DNA from: Epithemia pelagica
Lineage: Eukaryota; Protista; Bacillariophyta
Assembly: GCA_946965045.2 (NCBI GenBank)
Contig: OX337235.1
Location: 1,612,001 to 1,676,000 of the forward strand
Direction of reading: 5' to 3'
DNA length: 64,000 bases
The notes under the pieces are model-generated. The model searched no databases, was not told the DNA's origin, and saw only the letters and a list, made by a program, of their open reading frames with translations. Every line of letters begins with the position of its first letter. The first letter of the stretch is position 1. Shown piece by piece: positions 47,110 to 57,165 of the stretch. The position numbers and the translations under genes were made by a program.

Positions 47110-49258
47110 CTAGAGAGTAGCTACGGTATCTAGAGAGAGAGAGAGTAGAAGGCGAGGAAAATGACGAATGTCGCACCTCAAGTGAGCTTGTCGACAAAAG
47201 TCGTGGTTGTTTGAATATGATATAATAATATGATGTCTGATGTCCAACGACATGGCCTATCCACTAACCAGTAAAGTTATGGAATATGGAACGCTATGGT
47301 CCCGTTTCCCCAGGACCCAGGACCCAGGACGTGTTGGGGGAACGCTATTTCAGCGATGGGAATTGGGAACGTGCCTATTAAGGTCAATGGGAACGTTCCC
47401 GTTCCCAAAGGCATGCCTTTCGTAACCCGGATGTAACTCTCACCCTAAGCATGACTCTACTGGCTCACTAAACGCCCAGATAAGATAGAATAACACTGTA
47501 GGAGTAATAGGCTAGGACGGCACGAAAATATACGTAGTCGCATATGAAGTCGCATTTGGGAATTCCTGGCGGCTTTTTGGCGGCGACGGGAATTGGGAGC
47601 GGGAACTGGGAATTCCTCTGGGAACGGCATGCCCCGTGCCAGATTCCCCCAACCCGAGCCAGGACACACACACAGGTCCTATTCGTAATGTTGCTCCACT
47701 ACTTGTTAAATTGTTATAGGAGTCCCGTTTCCCTGTTTAACGGGCATAGCCATAGCCTACCAGTGATAGAGATGGGATCTGTTTCCGAGCTCCGTGCTCC
47801 GTGCGCCGTGCGGGGCCTCATTCGAGGTCGCGAATGCAATGATGATTACCTCGGTTTTGTTGGCCAAGTCGCGGTAAAATCGCACCTTCTGATGGCCATT
47901 TGACCGACAATTTTGCGATGACTAGAAATAGTCGACCTGGGTAGCTCCGTAGTAATCGGCAATGATCAGCGTTCCTTAAAGTTATGTTGGCCGAATGGCC
48001 ATCACAATTTCTGGTAGGTTGGCTACGTACAGACCAGATTCGGCAATGGAATCATGCTAATCTAGAGTGTCTACGAGTACCTACTAGCTAGAGCAAAGCA
48101 ATAGAAGTAGATACGAAAGGCTACTGGCAATAGAGTAACTTGCCGTAGATGATACGGACTGTGTCTCTTGTGGTTATTACTACAGTTTGTAGAACAGAGA
48201 AGGGACAGGATGAAAAGCAGAGCCCATATTATATACTCTTAGGAGTATGGAGTTCGACTTGAGGATGCCCCAGGGAAAGAGGCACACCATCCGGCTGGAT
48301 CCCTTGCCAGCACCACCCATGCCACCAGTGGATCAACAACCAACCATGGAGATGTATGGGGTATGGGGTGGGTGTCGAATGATACAACAGTGCAGTCCAA
48401 TTTGGAACTGTTCTACGGTTAGCCGGACTCTTTGCTTCCCTGTAGGGTTTAAACTATCCATGTTGATTGATGAGGATCCATCTACTGGCAACCAATGGAA
48501 ATAGCAATACATGAACAAGGCAGACACTATAGCTATACATTACACTGGGAGTAGGCAGAGAAGGTTGATACCTCTCATACACTAGCTACCAGAAACACTC
48601 TTGTTTCTCGTCGGGTGCAAGGATCTCCCGGTACTCAAAGTATGTGGATTGCCACCACGGAATGGTAAAATGGGAGGTAAAAATGATGGATTTGGTCCCA
48701 GTGGTTCGAAGTCAAAGATAATTGATCATGCAAAAGAAAACAAACACATGAGTCATCCCACGATTCCACCATTGTGTCGGAAGGTAAACAGTAGCTATTG
48801 TAGACATTCTGGCTCGAAAGTACGGAAACCAGAGGCTGCGATCAACAGTAGACCTTTCACTGTATCCACAACCTTTGCCATGTTGGCTTTATAGCCATCA
48901 TCGGAATACTGGTCCTCGAACCAAGCCGAAGCCAATGGAGTAGTTTGTTTCACTCCAAAACTTGAAATCTCCTTTGTGACGCGGGTAGTTTTCGCAACTA
49001 AGCCATAGTCTGAAGTCCTCAGAAGTTAGATTCCAAATTCCATGCCCTACATACGTAACTGGTACATTTCCCTACATACGTAAATATACGTAGACTAGTA
49101 CTGGATGGTCGCTGTGGCCATCAATACTTCTACAAGACACATCTTTTACTTATCGATAACATAACATCATCTCAGCATCAGAAAGCTCCCATCTCTTCGT
49201 TTACAAGAGAGTTTGAAACTGATCGCAAAGCTCACTCTGGGGTACGGCTCGAACCACA

Positions 49259-51299
49259 GTGTGCTTCTTCATGGTCGTTGTTCGAGAAGATAAAAGCACG
49301 GCTGAAATAATGAAGTCTCGCTTCACTGGAGTGGGAGGAAGGAAAGACAAGCATCCTTTTCCTGACGCGCTTCCGAGCAGCAATGATAGTGTGCCTCTGC
49401 ATGAAGCGCAACCTCTGCATACCGCATCATCTTGTGTTCGGGGTGTCGGGGACAATCAAGCCAGCAATATTTCGAACATTCGTGGACGTGGTCACTCAAC
49501 GACGGTAGATCAAGAAGAATCATGCAGTGACACGGAGCATATTATATCTTCCTCTTCCCTGCAAGCCGATTCAACAAGTGCTGATGTCAAAAGAAAACCA
49601 GAAAGGAAGCGTCCTTATCTTCCGAGCAGCAATGATAGTGTGCTTCTGCATGAAGCGCAACCTCTGCATACCGCATCATCTTGTGTTCGGGGTGTCGGGG
49701 ACAATCAAGCCAGCAATATTTCGAATGTTCGTGGACGTGGTCACTCAACGACGGCAGATCAAGAAGAATCATACAGTGACATGGAGCATGAGATATCTTC
49801 CTCTTTCCTGAAAGCCGATTCAACAAGTGCTGATGTCAAAAGAAAACCAGAAAGGAAGCGTCCTTATCTTCCGAGCAGCAATGATAGTGTGCTTCTGCAT
49901 GAAGCACAATCTCTGCATACCGCATCATCTTGTGTTCGAGGTGTCGGGGACAATAAAGCCCGCAATATTTCGAAAATGCGTGGACGTGGTCACTCAACGA
50001 CGGCAGATCGAGAAGAATCATGTAGTGAAACGGAGAAGGAGGTATCTCACTCTTCCCTGAAGACCAATTCAACAAGTGCTGAGGTCAGAAGAAAGCCAGA
50101 AAAATACGAGGAGAAGTTCAGCTCCGACGAAAACGAAGACAGCTCAGATCACCCCTTTGATCACATGCAAAGCAACACAGACCTTCCCGAATATGTGAGA
50201 ATGCATGACACTAAGCTGACATTTCCCGAAAAAGTAAGTGGCGTAATTCATTGTGAGTCATGATCCTTTTGCGCAACACCTTTCTCACAACCAATTTCAT
50301 GGACAGCTGATGTTGATGCTCATACATATTGAAAAAGTTTTCTCTAAACGTGATATGCTTCAAAAGGCTCCCGTGGGATGGGCCATGCAAGGTCGCGCTT
50401 TTGTTATCCGGGACCGAGAAGCGCTGATTCGACGTTGGCTTCCGTTATTTTTCCGCCATGCCAAGTTCCCAAGCTTTACTCGTAAGCTATATCGATGGGG
50501 ATTCCGACAAATAAGCACTCCCCGTGGGTTTGATTCCAGCTCCAATCGAGAACTCTACTTCTTCAATCAGAACTTCAATAAGCACAAGAAATGGCGCATG
50601 TCCAAGATGGAAAGTACCACCGCAGAATCCAAAAGGTACCAGCAGGAAGAGCAGGAAAGAAGGGCTAATGCTCAAGCCGACCATGCAACAAACCATGACG
50701 AAAACAAAAATAGAACATGCGTTGGGGAGGGAGCAATTTTTAATGGCGTGCAACAATTTGAAGCAGGGGAGACATTTCAACATATGCGTGAACCTTTAAC
50801 AACTGGATTCGGAATCACGCTGGATCGCTTTCGAATGCCTCCTTCATTGAACCAGCCAACTTTGAGTAGCGACCTCTGTCCTGTACAAGTTACTATTCCT
50901 CCCAGGTTACCAAGCACCTACTCACTTCAGGGCTACAACACTCTGCTTCCGCAGGATTCACTGCTGGGAATCATGCCATATCCACAACCTGCGCCATCAC
51001 CTCCAGTTGTAACTACCAACCAAGCATTGCTCCAGCAAAGACAAGCAATACTGAATCCAACGGTACAGTTTCACACTGCTGAAGGTGGAGAACACCATTC
51101 GTTGTTATCGATGAACGTTAGTGAGCAACTCCGTACCGCCTCTAGGCCTGGCTTGATTCTTGGTGTGACAGGAAATCGTTACATGCTTGACAATCTTGGA
51201 AGAGTAGTGGTCGCAAATGGTTCACCTCATCTCCAGGCAGCAGATTCTTCAGGAATAGGCACCTTTCTGTATCGACCAGGTGGCACTCCTCCGCTGTGA
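49259..51299 (+). CDS. Heat shock transcription factor with N-terminal 83-aa repeats; intron 50234-50306; start codon uncertain
   Basis: LTFPEK/LMLML...VGWAMQGRAFVIRDRE.L...LPLFFRHAKFPSFTRKLYRWGFRQI = HSF DNA-binding domain. Confidence 0.88.
49370..50100 (+). repeat. Three tandem 249-bp coding repeats
   Basis: CTTCCGAGCAGCAATGATAGTGTG at 49370, 49619 and 49868 (249-bp period). Confidence 0.95.
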
Positions 51300-51858
51300 C
51301 AAGTTGAGGTGAACTCTTTGCCTGACCAGCAACGAGGAGTCGTCTCCACTGAGTTGAGCAATAACACCACGCTTCATCAGTTTGTCTCGTTTGATTTAAT
51401 ATCGCCAGCAGATTAGGAAGAGGTATGAGAGATCAAATCCGTTGGGGGGCGAAAGGGGTTGGGGTTAACAGCAAATAAAGTAGAACTGCAAAGTCACAGA
51501 AATTTTGTAATATCATCAATACATTACCCAGCGTCCTCTGGCGTTACAACGACTCTAGGAACGTAGCCTTTCAACTACTTTGGTCCCAGAAGCTGATCTC
51601 AAGTGGGTGCCACTGGACTTAGCGATTGCTGGTTCAGGTTGGAGAGCCTTTGGCAGAATGTCGTGAGTTTGGTTAACTGAAGATAACGAACTTACGTGGA
51701 GAAGCTACGGTAGCCTTTTCCTCATGGTATCAAGCCAAAATACCGACCATAGGGAAGCGTTTCGCCAAACTACTAGTTTTTGTTGTCCCGCTGAGGTTAC
51801 AGTCTCATTTTTTACGAAACAACTTTGCGGTCATTGTGGCCTTTTGCAGCGACAAAGT

Positions 51859-53391
51859 TTATGCTGGCAGATGACGCACCAACGACGTTATGAGCGCCTC
51901 GTAGTCACAAATCTCAGCGGCTCGAAATGAGTCTTTCAACGTATTGATCTGGCTTTCCTTGCTAAGTCCGGGTGCCACAAGATCCCCAAAAGAAGAAGTC
52001 AAGGAGTACAGATCATGCTTGGGAAGCGGTACTGCATCCGCTACACGACGAAGATCTGGGTGTGCCCATCGATCCGGGCATCCAGCCACAGGCACGGGAA
52101 CTGGTCCCTTGGTAGAAGCCCCCCAATCGTTCAACAGAATCTCGTCACCATCGATTAGGAATATGTTTGCAAAGCGCACATCTCGGTGCACAATCCCTGA
52201 ACCGTGAATCGTTTGCAAGGTGAGTACTAACCGGTGGATGTGCTCTTGCCGCAGGGTAAAAGGAGTGAAAGATACCCCTTGGGGAGTGATAAGCAACCAT
52301 CGACCCTCCGATCCAATCACGGTCGGAATCTGACAAAGTCTTTCAACAGACTGCAGCGCAGTCACAGCATCGGCTAGTTTTCTTTTGTCTTCCTGGACTG
52401 TCGAGGCATCTTTGTACAATTTGGCCACCACTCCCACACCGTTGTAGTCAGCCAAAAAAGCACGGCATGTGCCTCCCTCCCCCAGAAACGACCTGACCGA
52501 GACAAGCGAAGAATTGACTGTGGGGGGCGCGACAAACCCGTTGTCGTCGTTAAATAGACGAAAAAAACTAGCCATACCTTGATCGAACGTCAACGGGGCC
52601 GACACGCCCCAATTGACAAGATAAGGCGCGTCTCTCGATCGATCGCACTTGATAAGGACGACAATCGAATTGTTGGTGAAGAAACCGTAAACATGAGCGC
52701 GCAGAGGGTTCGTATCCAAAATTCTATGTCCATACAGAAGGGCTTGTCCAAGCTCCGACAGGGAAAGTCCGGACCATCCTTCCCCCTTGCAGTCTCCAAA
52801 CGCCTCAAATTCGACAGCTCTTGGCTTACGGATGTTCGACGGATATATCGCGACATCGGGTTTTTTTGGGCCAACATACGCAACTTCATAGCCGACAGAA
52901 TGCCCCGGAATAAGACTACCCGTTTTGATAAGTTGTTGCCAGCATGGTTTAATAACTTCTTCCTCCTTTCCCTTCGGTAGATTCTTCCAGTTCTTGAGGG
53001 CCACGGGTAAGAGATCTTCTGGGTTGTCGACGACCGGAAGTGTCCAAGCACTGACGCGCCCTTCTTTCGCTTTCTCCTTGTAGTAGTCTGAATAGCTCAC
53101 GGCTTTGGAATCGCGCTGATGAATGAAATTAAGCCTCTTCTCAAGCATCCGGAGTTTCTCATTATTTTCGGAAGGTAGCCGGTCTTGGTGAAATACCCCT
53201 TGTTTCTTTGCCGTCGCGACGTAGATTCCTGGAACTAGCGTCCATGATTTGTTGATGCTCCTGATCACACCATCCATCACCAGGTTGCAATTTCCTAGAT
53301 GCTCCTGCACGTCAATGACTTTAACATTATCTGCGCTCATCAAGTCCAGCAACGCTTTGCCATCCTTGTCAACTATATGAATGTCAGTCAT
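51859..53391 (-). CDS. Crinkler-like protein: short header + putative PD-(D/E)xK nuclease + protein kinase
   Basis: KKPDVAI...EAFGDCKG...ELGQALLYGHRIL...RAHVYGFFTN; kinase LGEGGT, VVAKLY, HRDVRFAN, NDWG, DLYSL; single exon. Confidence 0.7.
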   Translation of the reverse strand: MTDIHIVDKDGKALLDLMSADNVKVIDVQEHLGNCNLVMDGVIRSINKSWTLVPGIYVATAKKQGVFHQDRLPSENNEKLRMLEKRLNFIHQRDSKAVSYSDYYKEKAKEGRVSAWTLPVVDNPEDLLPVALKNWKNLPKGKEEEVIKPCWQQLIKTGSLIPGHSVGYEVAYVGPKKPDVAIYPSNIRKPRAVEFEAFGDCKGEGWSGLSLSELGQALLYGHRILDTNPLRAHVYGFFTNNSIVVLIKCDRSRDAPYLVNWGVSAPLTFDQGMASFFRLFNDDNGFVAPPTVNSSLVSVRSFLGEGGTCRAFLADYNGVGVVAKLYKDASTVQEDKRKLADAVTALQSVERLCQIPTVIGSEGRWLLITPQGVSFTPFTLRQEHIHRLVLTLQTIHGSGIVHRDVRFANIFLIDGDEILLNDWGASTKGPVPVPVAGCPDRWAHPDLRRVADAVPLPKHDLYSLTSSFGDLVAPGLSKESQINTLKDSFRAAEICDYEALITSLVRHLPA

Positions 53392-53460
53392 GGAGCGACG
53401 ACGTTCTTTGTGTTCTCTGCGGTACGATACGATTACTTGGATCTTGGATGTGGAGGCACA

Positions 53461-54073
53461 GGTAAGGGCTGGGGATACCGATCCATGTACATCTAAGTAG
53501 GCTCAGTACATTAAGCTACGTAGTACTATTTTCATGAGTGTAACAAGTGGGGCGGATGGTCTCAAATTGAAAACTTGCTGCCACGAGAAACAATGCAAAT
53601 TGGAAGCCATCGCTCGACAATGGTGGAAGCCATCACCCCCATGGCCATAACTTCCTCAATAGTAGAGCTTGCCTCGACCGCTTTGACAAGAAGATTATTT
53701 ACTACTAGAGTGACTATGCTTTCAATTCGGTCGAGTCAGCATTGAAAAATGAGTGAGTTAGGGCGGTCGTTCGATTTCATCACTGCAGAAAAATGAGCGT
53801 ACCTTTTCAGCCAACTTGGCAAATCTTCTGTAATTTTAGACAACAATTTCAAAGGTAAAGGCAAAGGACTTACGGTGGTTGGATGTTTATGCGATGCATG
53901 GGTGAATGCATACGGCGTCACCGGATCTCGCCATCATTGTCGAGCGTTTTTGCATTTTTTTGAAATTCCAACCATTTCCGGCGTGACGTGTACTATCTGA
54001 TTTTATGTACTCTACGTAGCTTTTGTACTGAGCCTACTTAGATGTACATGGATCGGTATCCCCAGCCCTTACC
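53461..54073. mobile_element. 613-bp MITE with ~62-bp near-perfect TIRs
   Basis: GGTAAGGGCTGGGGATACCGATCCATGTACATCTAAGTAGGCTCAGTACA...AGCTACGTAG at 53461-53523 and inverted at 54012-54073; TSD not resolved. Confidence 0.85.
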
Positions 54074-54344
54074 ACTAAGGCCGACCATAGCATCGACCAA
54101 ACCAAACCTGTGTCGCTGACGTCACCATGGATTCAGTTTTGGCGGGTTTTGCCGTCCTACGACCGAACCAAAATCAAATGCCGCGCTGCATTCCCCCAAC
54201 AGTCCCAATATTCACTTCCATTTGTTGAGTACTAAAAGTTTTGAAAGTAGGACATTGAGCCCGGATGTTTCATCTGCTTGTAAGGTATTGTACATTACGG
54301 AGTCATCGAAGGAAAACACTCGACACCAACAGATGATCGTCACC

Positions 54345-55181
54345 ATGAGTAAAACGATCGCCGTCGCAGCTGCGACACAAGTTTTTCTTACAGTGCTGCT
54401 TGTTACACCGTGCTGTTGGACGCAAGCCTTTCAACAAAAATCTTTCCCTGAGAGACTAGCTCGACATGAGCGCAGTCTCACAGTGCACCTTGCCCCAGGG
54501 AAGGAACCGAAATCCCCGTGGTGGGATATTCAGCAACAGGCGTCCAATGCACCAAGTCCATTGTTCTCAGTATCTGCGGCGGATCCAACTTCTACATCGT
54601 CGGAATGGACCAAGAAACGTGTTCACAACACCGCTGCGTTTCGCAGTCTGAGCCTTCTGGGTGTTCTTGCATTGGCAGGCTTCACCTCTCGTGCCTCATT
54701 GCCGTCACAAGTGATGGCCACGTTGCACCTACTTTCATTTGCAACTTGGTTCGGAAGTGTGGCCTACACAACATTTATTGCTGGAATCACCATGTTCAAA
54801 AACCTGCCTCGTCAAACCTTTGGAAAACTGCAAGCGAAGTTGTTTCCCAAGTATTTTTCCCTCGGATCCATAACTTTGGTTTTGCAACTCATAACAGCCT
54901 CTGTCTTGCCATCTGCGATCAAGCCTTTAGCGACCAAAACACTTGCTCTTGCCTTGGTGATGAACTTGTCCAATCAATTGTATCTGGAACCAAAGTCAAC
55001 GGATAACATGATGCGTCGCTACGAGCTGGAGGGCCAAAGTGGAGGGCAGGAGACAGAAGAATACAAGACGCTCAAGGCTAGCTTTGGCAAATTTCATGGC
55101 ATGTCCTCTTTGACCAACTTAATTGCGTTGTGTGCTGGCGTTTTCCATGCAGTCGTTTTGTCGAGAATGCTTGTGTCGTAA
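54345..55181 (+). CDS. DUF4149/TMEM205-like membrane protein, probable plastid targeting
   Basis: LHLLSFATWFG...FKNLPRQTFGKLQAKLFPKYF...FGKFHGMSSLTNL; signal peptide ending TQA-F. Confidence 0.85.
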   Translation: MSKTIAVAAATQVFLTVLLVTPCCWTQAFQQKSFPERLARHERSLTVHLAPGKEPKSPWWDIQQQASNAPSPLFSVSAADPTSTSSEWTKKRVHNTAAFRSLSLLGVLALAGFTSRASLPSQVMATLHLLSFATWFGSVAYTTFIAGITMFKNLPRQTFGKLQAKLFPKYFSLGSITLVLQLITASVLPSAIKPLATKTLALALVMNLSNQLYLEPKSTDNMMRRYELEGQSGGQETEEYKTLKASFGKFHGMSSLTNLIALCAGVFHAVVLSRMLVS

Positions 55182-55538
55182 GAACGATGATGTCTCAAAA
55201 ACACTCTTGACTCACTCCTTATTATTGTAATCAAGACACTCATATGGGAATTGGTAGTGTTGTTGTTGTAGTCTAAACCATTCTCGTGTTTAAATAGGGG
55301 TAGAGGAGTACGGCCTGAGTCCTTTCGCGCATAGCATACCTAGTTACCACGAGGTTGCGATCTACCTGCGACTCTAGAGCACATGATGATCGCGGGACAG
55401 CGTTTGTCCGACTGTGCGACACGCAGGACGTGGGAACGTTCTTGGAACACGCACCACCCACCATCCCATCCATCACATATTTTTCGTGTTGCCAATCAAC
55501 GAATTTCAAGAGGCCACAGATTCGATAGACACCTTGCA

Positions 55539-56543
55539 ATGATGGAATCAGTTGTCAAGGGTAACTCTCTTCAAGACTCCAGTGACGCTGTCGGAGACAA
55601 CGCGGTGGAAGATTCCCAGGAAGGACAACAGCAACAACAACCAGCGTCGGAGGTTATGACGATTGTCACCAACTCGCCCGTTCCGTCCGAGATTGTGCAA
55701 CCTGTTGCTCCCAGCACTGTGGTGGACTGTCCGCGAAGACTGTCTGGGTCAGTTTGTGTATGTGGATCCTGTGAGGCTGCGAGAGAACGTCTTTTGAATC
55801 GAACCAGCATCAATAGTTCCATTGCCAAGAGAAAGACGACAGACGAGAGTGCCGACGAGGATCACTCCTCCAAACGACGTGCCACGGAATCTTCCCCTTC
55901 GGAACGAGAAGAGGAATCAACAAGGGCTGTCGGTGTATCGTCTGGTAGTAGTTCAGTTATGACGGAAGAAGTCAGAGTTGCCAAAATGGCGGGTGCCTGT
56001 CGAACAATTCTAGAATGCATTGGTGAAGATCCATCAAGAGAGGGTTTGCTGGATACCCCCAATCGGTGGGCGAAAGCCCTTCTCTTTATGTGCAAGGGAT
56101 ATTGTCAAACAGCCAGTGAGGTGACGAATGGTGCTGTCTTTTCGGAAAACCACGATGAAATGGTAGTGGTTCGGAATATTGATGTCCATTCTTTGTGCGA
56201 ACATCACATGGTGCCATTCACGGGTCGCGTCCACATTGGATATATTCCGAATGGTCAGATTGTGGGTCTGTCCAAGTTGGCAAGGATTGCCGAAGTATTC
56301 GCAAGACGGTTGCAAGTACAAGAACGCTTGACTCGTCAAATTGCAGATGCTGTGGTGGAAACCGTGCGACCACTGGGTGTGGCCGTCGTAGTCGAATGTA
56401 CGCATTTCTGCATGGTTATGAGAGGCGTTCAGAAAACTGGGTCCGTGACTACAACTAGCAGTGTACGAGGGTGCTTTGAGAGTAATCCAAAAACCAGAGC
56501 GGAATTCTTCTCGATCATACATGGCGGTGTCAAGTTCTGCTAG
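55539..56543 (+). CDS. GCH1: GTP cyclohydrolase I
   Basis: [72 protein letters not shown]. Confidence 0.97.
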   Translation: MMESVVKGNSLQDSSDAVGDNAVEDSQEGQQQQQPASEVMTIVTNSPVPSEIVQPVAPSTVVDCPRRLSGSVCVCGSCEAARERLLNRTSINSSIAKRKTTDESADEDHSSKRRATESSPSEREEESTRAVGVSSGSSSVMTEEVRVAKMAGACRTILECIGEDPSREGLLDTPNRWAKALLFMCKGYCQTASEVTNGAVFSENHDEMVVVRNIDVHSLCEHHMVPFTGRVHIGYIPNGQIVGLSKLARIAEVFARRLQVQERLTRQIADAVVETVRPLGVAVVVECTHFCMVMRGVQKTGSVTTTSSVRGCFESNPKTRAEFFSIIHGGVKFC

Positions 56544-56666
56544 ACCAAGTGAAATCCCTATTACATATCCGCTATCTGGCTTTAACAAGTGATTGCCTTC
56601 TCTTACTCGTACACATATCTTGTCTATTCTCTATTTGCTTTGTGTCGTTTCTGTCACAGTCACTAG

Positions 56667-57006
56667 TGTCTATTCTACCCCGGTTTGTCCTCATATGAGG
56701 ACAGCGATTGTCCTCATATGAGGACAATCCTACTAAAATCATATCTACGTAGAGCACAGTAGCTTTTGTGCGAAGCTATCGACAAAAAATGTAGCCCAAC
56801 CATGGGAATGTTGTTTTTGATACTGTATCGTCACTACTCATCACAATTAAAACATAAGAATATCATAAGGTACGTTTTCAAGTATGGAGATTACGAATCT
56901 GAACTTAAAAACCACTTAGGAGTACATGATTGATTTGATATTCTTCTTTTGAAAGTGTACTCATATGAGGATTTGTCCTCATATGAGTACAGGGGTAGAA
57001 TAGACA
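56667..57006 (-). mobile_element. 340-bp MITE: internal-deletion derivative of the piggyBac-like family, opposite orientation
   Basis: Same TIR and palindromes; internal sequence matches both ends of 44383-47109; flanks CTAG / CTACTAG. Confidence 0.9.
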
Positions 57007-57165
57007 CTACTAGAAGAGACAACGCACCCTCGCGTCATTGATGAGATGTTGGTCCAAAGCGCTGAGGAGTAGCTCGGAAGATATTCACGTTGCGACAGAG
57101 GGAATCTTGTTGTTATCTCGGGTCTATAGGCCGCCACTGATCAAGATCAAGAGCCTCTCTTCAGT

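Noticed and set aside
48247-48900. Possible coding or TE remnant
   Set aside because: Fragmentary frames with no identifiable domain.
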